64,000 bases of DNA from Octopus sinensis. Its lineage: Eukaryota. Location of the stretch: positions 88,474,001 through 88,538,000 of the forward strand of contig NC_042997.1 of NCBI RefSeq assembly GCF_006345805.1. Reading direction: 5' to 3'. Below the pieces are notes generated by a model, which saw nothing but the letters and a program-made list of their open reading frames with translations, was not told the origin of the DNA and searched no databases. Shown here in pieces: positions 38,926 to 50,528 of the stretch (within the stretch, counting starts at the first letter, position 1; each line of letters opens with the position of its first letter). The translations under genes were made by a program, and so were the position numbers.

Positions 38926-39527
38926 AGACTTCCTTCTGCCCCCCACCCTCAAAAACACCCCTTTTTTAATTTAATTATTTTTTCTACACAAACCTCCGTT
39001 TTCGCATATGGAGGATATGAATCTGCAAAAAAATTGGCATTTTACCCCCCACCCCACCCCCACACACACACACACACACAAAAAAAATCTTCATTTTCAA
39101 CTTTGTACACAAGTTATTTTTTTTCAAATACAGAGATTATGATTCTGAAAAGAATTTCCAAAAATTTTTTTAAAATTTTTTTTTTTCACAAATTTTTTTT
39201 TTTGGTCAAAATATGCAGAAAATATGGAGATTATGATTCTGAAAAAAATTTCCAAAAATTTTTGACTTAGGGTTAGGGTTTTAGGGTTAGGGTGTTAGGG
39301 TTAGGGTTAGGATTTTAGGTTAGGATTGGGTTAGGTTTACAGAAAAAAAGTGAAAAAATGCGGATTTTGTTGGGGAAAGAGTAGCGGGGGGTGGGATTTA
39401 AAAATTCGATTTTTAGCAATTTTTCAGAATCTCCGTATCCGAAAACATGGGGTTTTGGCAAAAAAATTTTAAAAAAACAATAATTTGCAAGAAAATGGGC
39501 TGGGGGGGGGGGGGGCAGGAAAAGTCT
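38924..39527. mobile_element. Foldback/MITE-like element with long imperfect TIRs and a central telomere-like array
   Basis: Ends aagacttccttctgcccccc / gggggcaggaaaagtctt. Subterminal gttttcg.ata.ggag..atctg.aaaaaattg blocks are inverted at the two ends, and gagattatgattctgaaaa is repeated internally. Confidence 0.65.
39267..39335 (+). repeat. Interstitial degenerate (TTAGGG)n array
   Basis: ttagggttagggttttagggttagggtgttagggttagggttaggattttaggttaggattgggttagg. Confidence 0.9.
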
Positions 39528-39736
39528 TTCCTGAGTTTCTTCTACAATGCAAGCATGTTATATTTTTATGTGACGCTGTTAACATTAAACAACTCTGACA
39601 ACAAATGTCAACATGCATTAAAAAAAAAGACACTACTTGTATCCCAAATATAAATCTCACCAAGAATCAGTTAAGATACAGCTGAGTCTTTGAATTAAAA
39701 ATAACATGTCTAATGAGTTTCCAAATGGTGTCCATT
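39332..39736 (+). repeat. Direct duplication copy 2
   Basis: See 37848-38250. Confidence 0.95.
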
Positions 39737-40672
39737 TAGCCAAGTTCACCCACAAAATTTGGATCAACCTGAGGCTTGGTATATGATACATGCCCAAGGA
39801 TGCTGTGCAATGGGATCAGACCCAGAAAAACTTCATGATTGCAAAATTAACTTCAGTATTCAGCCAAGCTGTAATCCTAACCTCTCTGATGTTTTTTTTT
39901 TCTTTTTTCTGAGTGGTAATGTAAAAAATGCCTTGGTTTCTTGAATTGTAGCAATCAGGTTTTTGATACTTGGGTATAACCATTTGATATCACTTTATCA
40001 TTTAAGTATTCAATGAAAGTATAAACATCAAATTAGTCTCACAATAAAAAAAAAGTTTGTGTGCTGTAAGAAGAGATGTGTCCAGATGTTTCAAGCAAAG
40101 TTCTTTTTGTAAAATAAATAAATAAATAAACTTGGGTATGGTTGCTATTACTGGAACATTTTAGTCATTTAAATGACTTGGTGACGATGAAGGAATAAAA
40201 AAACAAATGGGAAGAAACAATGAAAGAAAATGAAAAGAAAACAAACAATAAAAAGAGGAATAGGGTGAAAGATGAAAGCAAAGATGGAAAATAGAAGAAA
40301 AGGAAATAATGACGAGATGAAGGGAAAGACTGAAATAACTGAAAGGGGAATAAAATAAGAAGAAAATAAAAAGAAACTAAAAAAAATGGGAAAGTGAAAA
40401 GAAAAATTAAAGGTACAAAGAGTGAAAGAAAATGCAAACAGAGAAGAAAGAAGTTACTAACAAAAATAAAGAGAAAAAGGCCTAAGTACAAGATATGAAT
40501 ATTTTAAACATAAACACATGGTTATTTATAAATTAATTTTCTCTCACAGGAAATATACTTATGTCAGGTTTAATATTTTCCCTAAGAATACTTGTTTTAA
40601 CAGTCTTTCACCCACAAATGTAGCCTTATCAATGACTCTCCAATGACTACTTTTTACTATTAATTAATTAAT

Positions 40673-41095
40673 GAAGGCAATGAGCTGGCAGGATTGTAAG
40701 TGTAATGGGAAGAATGCTTTAACCCTTTCATTACCATATTTATTTTGAGATGCTCTGTGTTTCTTTTAATTAATTTAAAATATAACAAAGAATTTAGTAA
40801 AATAACTTCGCTATCATTAAATTAGTGTTAGGAACATAAATTGTGACTAAGATTTGGTGGAAGATTTTAATTCAAAACTTATACGAACAAGACAGTTGTA
40901 CTACAGAGCCAGAGGTGGTTTCAGCCTGGTTGATATTGAAAGGGTTAAGGCATTTCTTCTGACTCTTTATGTCCTGAGTTCAAATTCAGCCCCAGCCAAT
41001 TTTACCTTCCACCCTTTTGGGTACTGAATCCAATATAATTGACTAAGCTGTTGTCCTTACAGTTACTGGCCTTAGTGCCAAAATTTGAAACTAAT
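40673..41095 (+). mobile_element. Family A SINE (tail type 1) interrupted by a TTAA MITE
   Basis: Head gaaggcaatgagctggcagga. After removing 40723-40944 the SINE reads through agaatgctTTAAggcatttc..gagttcaaattc..gccaaaatttgaaac. Confidence 0.8.
40723..40944. mobile_element. 222-bp piggyBac-like MITE
   Basis: TTAA at 40719-40722 and 40945-40948; TIRs ccctttcattacca / tgatattgaaaggg. Confidence 0.8.
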
Positions 41096-42149
41096 ATTAA
41101 TTAATTATCAAATGCATCTGTGGCCTTTCCGGGGATTACTTCTGTGATTGGTTATGTACTTAAATATAATTTTCAAACATATTTGCCTAACCAGATCCAA
41201 ATTCAACATCTATCATTGTCTTGAATGTACCTCATTGAGCATTAGATGGGATTGTTTAATCCCAAATCCTGTGAACCATAATCAAATTAGGAGTATGACT
41301 GCACACCCTGTTGGTGTTAGTAAAATGATACTGAAGAGCAACATCTTGTGTTTCAATAAAAAGCTATGAAGAAGAAAGCTACAACCATTGATGTCAGTAT
41401 CACTGGAGACAGTCAAACTCTTTATACCATGGTGGGATAGATGACTAACATTACCAGACCGTCAGGTTCATAACTTTGGTAATGCACACTTACTTTGAAA
41501 ATAACATAAAGCTTATGATTAAAACAGCCCACAATGTAATATTCAGGAATTACATGAGAGTGCAATGAATAACATACAACATGTTGCATATTTCATCCAT
41601 CAGATTAACCACTGACTGTTCTATTAGATACTGATCTATGTCTAGAGTCTACAGACAACAAAAAACAGTTCCTCTTATGTGAAATCTGTGGTCACTAATT
41701 TGGAGAACATAAACGTAAATATTCTAATAGCAGACCTAGTAGTATGGTTGAAAAGTACATATTGCATTTTTTATTACCTCTAAAAGCAAGTGTGGGTTTT
41801 CAAACACCACATGCAAGATGTGAAAAAGAGCCAAGAAGAGGTTTGAAATATCAGCAACAATTTGAATGAAGTATGTCCCATTTACATAGTAAATTCTGAG
41901 ATAGATTATAAAGGAAAAGTGGAGAGAAAAAACTCTCATTATGCTTAAAGAGAGACTCACATCTCAGGATGTAATATTTGTTGATGCTAGATCTAGGAGC
42001 AAACTAACACAAGTAGTAAAACATAACACAAGAAAACACAGAATTCATGTAGTTGAGAAAACAAGTAGAACTATTGAATACTGAATTTCTAGGTCACACC
42101 CTTAAGAAAACACTCTAAACTGATAGTAACTTCAGGATTTTAAATCTAA

Positions 42150-42340
42150 CAAGCATATGAATTATAAAACAAGGAATGTGGTATATGGTGCTATGAGGAG
42201 CATTTGGACACTACTATAACACCAACAGGGAAAACAACTTATAGTTTAAATGAAAGGATCAAAGATTATTAGATTCAGTATATTGAAAAAAGACCAGTAT
42301 CTGCATTCTAGTAACATGCCATAGATAAGCATGATGGACT
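42150..42340 (+). mobile_element. Highly decayed GIY-YIG (PLE endonuclease) relic
   Basis: Broken frames give NVVYGA..TGKTTYSLNERIKDY..VSAF..HAIDKH, echoing VVY..YIGxTxRxLxxRIxEH..SA..H. Confidence 0.35.
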
Positions 42341-42771
42341 AATATAAATAATTGAAATAGAATTCTGTCTGCACATGCAAATGAGCTGGCTGCTTAGAGT
42401 GGTTTCCTAAGAGGTTTCAATATGGGAGTTTGACACTGCCCCCATGTCAAGACAGAAAGTATTGTAATAACTACCTCCCACCAGATATCACTGCTGTCTT
42501 TTTAAATTTGGATCTACTATAATCACTATAAGTACTTTTTACTGGGTATTAAAAAACACTAGATATTTTGAAGAGAAATCCTGCTGCATTCATTTTGAAA
42601 TAGAACTCAATATAAAGTACATAGCCATTCACTTAAGAATGGTTATGTACTGCTTATGTGAATGAGATACCTATACCTCCACACATATCAATAGATATAT
42701 GTAGATTGATGGATAACTGGCTCTAGAAATCCTCTAAATACATAATGAAATTTAAAGACCAGTATTGTAAT

Positions 42772-42983
42772 AAAATTTTCTGATTTAGGCACAAGGGCAG
42801 CAGTTTTTAGATGGAGTTAAGCAAACCCATTGACCCTAGTATTTGACTGGTACTTCATTTTGCCAATCTCAGAGGGATGAAAAGTAACGATGACCCTGAT
42901 GGGATTTAACTCAAAACAGAGTCAGGAGGAAAACAACCAGGCATTTCATCCAACACTAATGAATCTGTCTGCTTGCTACCCTG
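42772..42983 (-). mobile_element. Family A SINE, diverged
   Basis: Reverse-complement homolog with imperfect TSD cca(g/a)tattgt(a/c)at. Confidence 0.7.
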
Positions 42984-45489
42984 CCAATATTGTCATTATG
43001 AATGTTGGTATATTAATGAATGCTGTAAATATAACCTTTTCTAACACATTCCAGTTTAAGTTATAGAGAATAAAATCATCACAACTCTCATCAGATGAGT
43101 CTTTCTTTCTATATCTCTATTCCACATTTACAATAAGAAACAGAGAAGAATTAAAGACAGAGTCTGATACCACACAATCATACTGCACTATTATCCTCAT
43201 TGCTCTTCTCCTTTCATGTGTTTGTCTTCATTCTCTATTCCACAATTCCAGAGAGAAGAAAGATTGCTACTATTACTACTCCATTCCTGCTTTCTGTTTT
43301 CCACCATCTCCTTGATAAACATTAGATTGTAACTTGCAAATTTGGCTGTTATTTCTCAAAAGTTACACTAATCTTTCTGGTGATAATAACTCCCCCTCTC
43401 TCTATCTATTAATTAGGGAGAAAGAAACAGTCTGTACTGCCATCATTATCACTGTTGTTCTTCTCTCTCTTCACATTTGTCTCAATTATCTTTTCTATTA
43501 TTCCAGAGAGAAAGATTGCCAGTTTCTTACATAACCACCTCTCTCTCCTACCAACACATGTAACTGCCAATGGTATTGTTCTCTTTGTACTGCTGACCAC
43601 TATCAATATCCTTCATTCTCTTGACTTCACCCTCATGTACTGATAACCCTCTCTCTGTTTTTCTCAGATCACTCATTATTAACAACTACAACTTGCTTTC
43701 TCTGTCACTATCCTTCACATTTATCAACTCACTGTTGTTACTATTTCTCTTCATCACTCCCAACAGTTTCTCCCATTTCTCTGTTCTTCTAAAATCTCTC
43801 CACCATATTCTTGCTTTCTTTCATTTCTTCCCCTCCCACTCTGGTTCATTTTCTGCAATCACACTCTGCTCAGCCCAATCTATTTGTCACATTGCCTGGA
43901 ACAGAGACATCATACATAAAGTAAGGAGCCTTTTGTCTGCCAGGGTACAAGGCAACCTCATTAGTGCTGGTGCCACAATAAAATGTACCTGTTACACTTT
44001 GTAAAGTGATAAGCAAAAGATCAAAGATAACATGAGGTTGTTTTGTCCTGTCTCGCAAGAGTATGGCAACTTCTCTATTGTTGCTGATATAACAAAATGC
44101 ACCCAGTAAAGTGGGCAGTCTTAGAAAGAGTGTCCTGTCAAAAAAACTAATGCTAAAGTAAAAATCATCTGAGCGAGACATAGTTTTCTGATCTATCTCA
44201 GTCATTACATTCATGTTAGTATGGAAAGTGAATGTAAAATGATGATATCATCATTGTTTTTAACACCCATTTTTCCATGCTTGCATGGGTCAGGACTTGT
44301 ACAGGCAGATTTTTAATGACCAAATGCCCTGCCTAGCCAATCAGGGAACTCCACAAATTCTTAGTCATCTCGACTACCATGGGTAAATATCCTCTCTTAG
44401 CAGTTACTTTGGGTCTACAATTGTATATTTAGAGTAGGTTCACTCAGCCACACCAAATTCCTCACCTTTCAGCACTTACCTTTTGTTCAAAAAGATATAC
44501 AAATTAATGAGGATTCGATCAGAGAAACAATCTGTCTCCATTTCTTTCAGTTATGTCTACCACACTGTTTTATTGGGGCTACCAGTAGGGGGGAAAGTGG
44601 CATAAAATCCACACAGAAGAGTTGGCTGATTCGAAGATTTGTCCGACAGATTTTTGGACACTTTAGAAGTACATAGACTACTGATTTGTTGCTTTCTAAG
44701 CATTTAGGACTGGTCTGACTGACTATACAATCTTGTTTGTAGAGTTTATCATAAAATGCAATGGCCCACTGTAAACTTTTGGAATTTGACTATAATTTTT
44801 GATCTGAAAGCTTTTGAGAGACTGTTGCATATATTTTTCATTAAAATATAGAGTAACTATAGGAGATCTTGATATATATATATCTCACATTTACCATTTC
44901 TACATCGCTTGTTTAGCAGTGACACTTGTTTACAACAATCACGTGATGTGAAGACAAAGACATACACCATGCACAAGGATTTGGTCAGCCCAGGTGTATA
45001 GGATAGGACACTCACCCAAGATGCCACACGAATTCTAATATTTTGGTCGTCTATGCATGTGGTATGTTCACGTTGAGGGTGATCAATGATTTTAATTGCT
45101 GCTTTTTCCATGTACCTGGTAAGATAGGTACTGGTTGGATTTTTATAGCTGCAACTTAAGGATGTTGTTTTGCTCAGCTGCATCAGGAGATTGAGGTTGT
45201 GCATACTTAATGGAAGTGTAGGTAGGAAATGTTATGAAGAATGTACGAGAGAATTGATCCTCCATTAGGGAAAATGAAAATTATTGAACTGTGTGCGTTT
45301 AGTACTACATAGTTTGCTAACTGATGTATGTGCTGTTTATTAAGGTGGCATTGAATATTTTATGAGTTTGGGGTAAATTCATCACAAATAATTGGTAATT
45401 TAATGACAAGGTAATTTCATCGCAAATCAATACATCAACAGTAAATTCATCACTAAGCTAGCTTTTCAATCACACAATAAACACATCGT

Positions 45490-45704
45490 AGATTTCAAAT
45501 TTTGGCACAAGGCCAGCAATTTCGGGGAAGGGGATAAGTCAATTACATCGAACCCAGTGTTCAACTGGTACTAATTTAATTGAACCCGAAAGGATGAAAG
45601 GCAAAGTCAGCCTGGGCAGAATTTGAACTCAGAATGTAAAGATGGACAAAATGCCGCTAAGTATTTAGCTCAGTGTGGTAATGATTCTGCCAGCTCATCA
45701 CCTA
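45490..45704 (-). mobile_element. Family A SINE (tail type 1)
   Basis: ttcaaattttggcacaagg..gaaaggatgaaaggcaaagtc..gaatttgaactcagaa..ctgccagctcatcacct. Confidence 0.85.
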
Positions 45705-45915
45705 TAATGAAAATAAATTTAAAGATGAAAAATTCAATTTGCAAGTTTTTTTTAGAAATCTTCAAGATGTAAACATTAGCCAATCTTTTCCAAAGGGTGG
45801 GGAGAGGACTTCGGAAAATTCACAAGATCCAAGTTTTTCTTTGTAACTGTATATATATGTGTGTGTGTGTATATATATGTGTATATATATATGTGTGTGT
45901 GTGTGTATATATACA

Positions 45916-46291
45916 TACTCTTTTACTTGTTTCAGTCATTTGACTGCGGCCATACTGGAGCACCGCCTTTAGTCAAGCAACTCGACCCCAGGACTTACTT
46001 TTTGTAAGCCCAGTATTCTATCGGTCTCTTTTGCTGAACCGCTAAGCTACAGGGACATAAACACACCAGCATCGGTTGTCAAGCAATGCTAGGGGGACAA
46101 ACACAGACACACACATATATATATACATATATACGACGGGCTTCTTTCAGTTTCCGTCTACCAAATCCACTCACAAGGCTTTGGTCGGCCCGAGGTTATA
46201 GTAGAAGACACTTGCCCAAGGTGCCACGCAGTGGGACTGAACCCGGAACCATGTGGTTGGTAAGCAAGCTACTTACCACACAGCCACTCCT
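45916..46291 (-). mobile_element. tRNA-derived SINE, family B (bipartite, with internal CA/TA microsatellite)
   Basis: The minus strand begins aggagtggctgtgtggtaag..ggttccgggttcagtcccactgcgtggcaccttgggcaagtg. Close homolog at 53265-53712. Confidence 0.9.
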
Positions 46292-46293
46292 CC

Positions 46294-46348
<55 letters not shown>

Positions 46349-46551
46349 CAGATAGATAGATAGAAAGTAATAACGTGTGAATGAGAATAATGACGAAGGG
46401 TTAAAAAACGTAAAAATAATTGAAAATGAAACAAAATTGAAGTCAAAACATTAAAAATTATTGGAAGTGGGTAGAAATAAACACTACGTAGTGTAGTAGT
46501 ACTACGCTAGGGTATCTGTAGAAAGTTGAATGTGATTTCGGAATATAATTA

Positions 46552-46970
46552 GGAAAAATTCGGATCTTGGGAATTTTCCGAAAGTCCTCTCCCCACCTCA
46601 AGATTTTCCCCACAAATTACTTTATAGTCATAATGTATGCCGTTCCAAAGGTATTTATATAAAATTTCGGCATAGTTTCGGTTGTAGTAGCACAGATTTC
46701 CGTCGATATTTCGGCATAGTTTCAAAATTTCATTGAAAAATACCCATATTCGTAAAAGTTATGAGGGAAAAACTCGGATTTTGTGAATTTTCCGAAGTTA
46801 TCTCTCCACCCCCTTGGGAAAGATTTTCCCCACAAATTTCTTTATAATCGTAATGTATGCCGTTTGAAAGAAATTTCTATAAAATTTCGTAGAGAAAAAC
46901 CCCCATTTTCCTTAAGCTATGAGGGAAAAGCTCGGATCTTGTGAATTTTCCGAAGTCCTCTCTCCACCCC
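46552..46970 (+). repeat. Short tandem array of a ~160-210-bp unit (about 2.3 copies)
   Basis: ggaaaaa.tcggat.ttg.gaattttccgaa recurs at about 46552, 46764 and 46923, with an inverted copy at about 45785-45840. Confidence 0.8.
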
Positions 46971-48661
46971 ACTGTTGCTTTGTGCGCATTTTTTTTCATA
47001 TTCGTTTCCTAAACATTCCAGTATTTTTTTTCAATTCTCATCTCCGGGTCAAGATGTAAACATTAACCTTAACTTTTTATTGCATTTTCTTTTTGTAATT
47101 CTATTTTTAAAAGTAACTTCGATTTTTTCTCAATGTATATATTAAGTAAATTTGATATTAACACCTTGTCTTTAAATTACTTTTTCAATGTTAATAAAAT
47201 GTGACGTACTTAGTTGGCGAATAAACTTTAAATAACATTTAGTGATGTATTTATTCAAAAAGTAAGACAACGAATTTAATGATGATGACATGCGATGAAA
47301 TTACCTGATTTTATGTATTTATCACGATGTATACACACACACATACAAGATCTGTGTAAATGGGTGGCTAGAACTCGAGTCGAATGATAATTCGGATGGT
47401 GCGTGTGTGCATTTCATTTTGGATTTTTGTGTAGGGTTTCTGTGTAGTGTAATGGTCTGAATCCCTGTTGTGAACTGGAGTAAGGTCCATCATAAGTTTT
47501 TTTAAGAAATTTTAAAGGTGTATATAGGAGAGTTAGGCTCTTTTGATTGGGTTGGACATGAAAATTGAGATGATTTCAACCACTTTTCGATTTTACGGAT
47601 TTGGCATGGCGAATGTAAGAGTTGAAGATTTTGGTGAGCAGTAATAACTCCTTCATGTTTTGTTTGGTCTCCCTATTGTTTTCATGGTGTCTGATGAGAG
47701 ATTGCTAAGGATGTGGTCTAGATGGAATGTATCTTTACGTTTGTGTTTGTCTTCTTTCTGCAGTGGTTGGAGGATGATTGTCCGTCCGCAATAGTTCAGT
47801 CGGTACATAGTCATTTACGTCCTTAACTGCTGCTTTGGTTGTCGGTAGCGACAGTAATGGTGGTCACGTGCACGCGATAATCTTCGTCGACGGTCACCCT
47901 CTTTACCACTTCGATCCGATCGATCATCGAGAAGGAGAGTTTGCCTCCGTAACAACATGCCTCCGTTAAAGACTGCATCTGTCTGAAGTTCCCTCCTCAA
48001 AATTACTTTTCTTGTCGTTATATATTTTACCAAGTTTTATATAGTAAATCTTCGAAAATCAATGCCATACACTTGGAGGGTGCAAAAGAAACTGACCCAC
48101 TCTGCATACACTTGTGGTCAGTTCCGTAACAAAACTGTCAACAAGAGGCAATAATAAAATGCCGGCCGCGCAAAATGAACAATAAATGAAAGGCACTTTA
48201 TAATTCGACATAAAGTGTGACTCCCAGACAAGAAACACTATTTTTCTAAATTTTAAAGCATGAACGTGCAGTATGTAATTTCAGCAAGAGTTGTAGTTAT
48301 TGAAAGTAGTCTCTAATAAGCGACTGATATTTTACAAATAAAGCCACTCCTTTAAGTCACACACACACACACACATACATATATTCTTTTTCCCCGTCTA
48401 TTACTTCCTCAATCTGCCGCCCGGCCTTCCTACTTCAACACTCATGTCCCATTACCACCACTGAATTCTTAAAACTTTAGTGAAGCTTAAAGTTTATAAC
48501 AAACTCCCTGAATCTGTCAATTTATGTTTTAATAACGAAACTATCAACCACAACAAAAGCGAGACAAAATATTTAATTACGAAGAAGAAAAAAAGTTATT
48601 TTTAGAAAACAACCCAAAACAAGAGCCTGTCGCTGCTTTGCCACAGTATTTCTCCTCTGTC

Positions 48662-48709
48662 ATGGCCCAAAACAACGAATACGAACAAATGTGTGATCGA
48701 ACTAAAATG
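48662..48709 (+). CDS. Possible first coding exon of an unidentified gene (MAQNNEYEQMCDRTKM)
   Basis: gtcATGG start, 16 open codons and donor ATG|GTATGT, at the end of a CpG-rich zone. No downstream exon confirmed. Confidence 0.25.
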
Positions 48710-49650
48710 GTATGTTAGCTTTTATTTTTGCTCACTTTCAGTTTTACAACCGTTTGTTATAATGTGTAATTACAAAAATTGGTAATTGAAAACTTTTTCG
48801 TTATCAAAAGAATTTTTAAAATTATTATTGCTTAACTGTAAATAAGCTGGTTAGGTTTTAACTTGTGAATTTAATATGGTATATAATTAAAGACTGTCTT
48901 AAATGCATTTATTTTCTCGAAACCACAATAGTTTCATTTTCGATTGTATATTATTAGCATACACTTATGGGTGTACTCTAAATATATTACAACATGCACG
49001 AATTATTTTATAGGTTTTATTTAACGTGTTTGTGTGTGTACTATGTATGTATACATATTCACACGTGTGTGTGTAAATGTTATTGATAAAGTTATTATGA
49101 ATGGGGATTTACATTACGTAACAGAACACATATATGCAAAAATAATTGCACTATAGGTGAAGAGTTAAGAAGTTCGCTCCAAACTATGAGGTCCCGGTTC
49201 TGCCCCCACGTCATGGCATCATGGACTTGTGAATGAAACTGGAAAAACAGAAACTGTATGGAAGCCCGACCGATAGATTGTACATGTAATTCTAAAAAAG
49301 TACACCTTTATCGTACACATACGCTGATTCTGTCATTCTGTCGGAAAATTATATTAAGGACACAGGCGTCGATCGAAAAACTGGAGTACACCATTTGTAA
49401 GAAATTACAAGACAACACACGTACTTATAGGCACGAGTATGGTTGCTGTGGAGAAGTTCACTTCCCAACCATGTAGTTTTGTGTTCAGTCACTTGGACAA
49501 GTGTTTTCTACTTTAGCATTGACTCGATCAAAATCTTAGTGTGGTAGATGGAAACTGAAAAAAGCCCGTGGTATAAACAATATCCCTGTCCACCCGCCCC
49601 GTATATATGTATATATATATATATATATTCCGTATATATATATATATATT

Positions 49651-50020
49651 ATTCAGATTTACTGAAAACAAAAGACGAAGACAGGTGTAAGAACAAGCAG
49701 GTGTATTAGTTTAACGCTTGGGAAGAATGGGAAAGTCTTTTACGTTTTGAGCCTACGCTCTTCGACAGAAAGGATTAAGAGGGGGAAAAAATTAGGGATT
49801 AACGTTCAACATGATGAAATAGCGAAAAGAAGGCTGATTGAAATATATCTATATATAGTTCAAATTTACAAAAATAAAAAAATAAAAATAAATAAATAAA
49901 AACGTAAGACGAAGATAGGTGTAGGAACAACAAGCAGGTGTATAAGTTTAATGCTTGGGGAAAAATGGAAAAGTCTTTTACGTTTCGAGCCTACGCTCTT
50001 TGACAGAAAAGAATAGGAGG
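49651..50020. mobile_element. Two tandem copies of a short PLE-terminus-like module; inverted homolog at about 53915-54060
   Basis: aagacgaagacaggtgtaagaacaagcaggtgtat..aaagtcttttacgtttcgagcctacgctctt occurs twice. Confidence 0.55.
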
Positions 50021-50073
50021 TAAAAATGGAGAGAAAAACTGTAGGGTTCAGCAGTCAAACATGGTGGGATATA

Positions 50074-50459
50074 CATTATTTACATTTGACGGATATTTGT
50101 CCCCATCGTGTTTGTTGTTAACACGTTTTGGCTGATATACCCTCCAACCTTCAGCAGGTGTCTTGGAGAAAATTCGAACCGGGGTTCTCATTCCTAAGGT
50201 ATTTTTCGTCGTCGTCGTCGTTGTCGTTGTTGTTGTTGTTGTTGTTCAGGTCACAGCCTGGTCACTGCCAGGCAGTGACCTGAATAATAATATCGAAAAA
50301 TACCTTAGGAATGAGAACCCAGGTTTGAAATTTCCCCAAGACACCTGATGAAGGCTGGAGGGTATATCAGCTGAAACGTGTTAACAAACAAGATGAGAAC
50401 AAATATCTGTCAAATGTAAATAATGCAAATAATTCCTCATCTTTTAAATATTGAACTGT
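50074..50459. mobile_element. Palindromic insertion of two inverted copies of one short element, with a 13-bp flanking direct repeat
   Basis: The arms are about 90% identical by eye; atggtgggatata at 50061-50073 and 50460-50472. Confidence 0.85.
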
Positions 50460-50480
50460 ATGGTGGGATATATATATATG

Positions 50481-50528
<48 letters not shown>

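Noticed and set aside
39267-39335. True telomere or telomere-fusion site
   Set aside because: The array is short and degenerate, has one orientation only, and sits inside an element with inverted ends.
41200-41450. Possible RLE-type non-LTR endonuclease relic (WDCLI..NHN..IDVSI.GD)
   Set aside because: Too degenerate to call by eye; needs a translated HMM search.
44340-45270. Possible decayed LINE C-terminal fragments on the minus strand
   Set aside because: Only scattered motif echoes across broken frames, so the clade cannot be supported.
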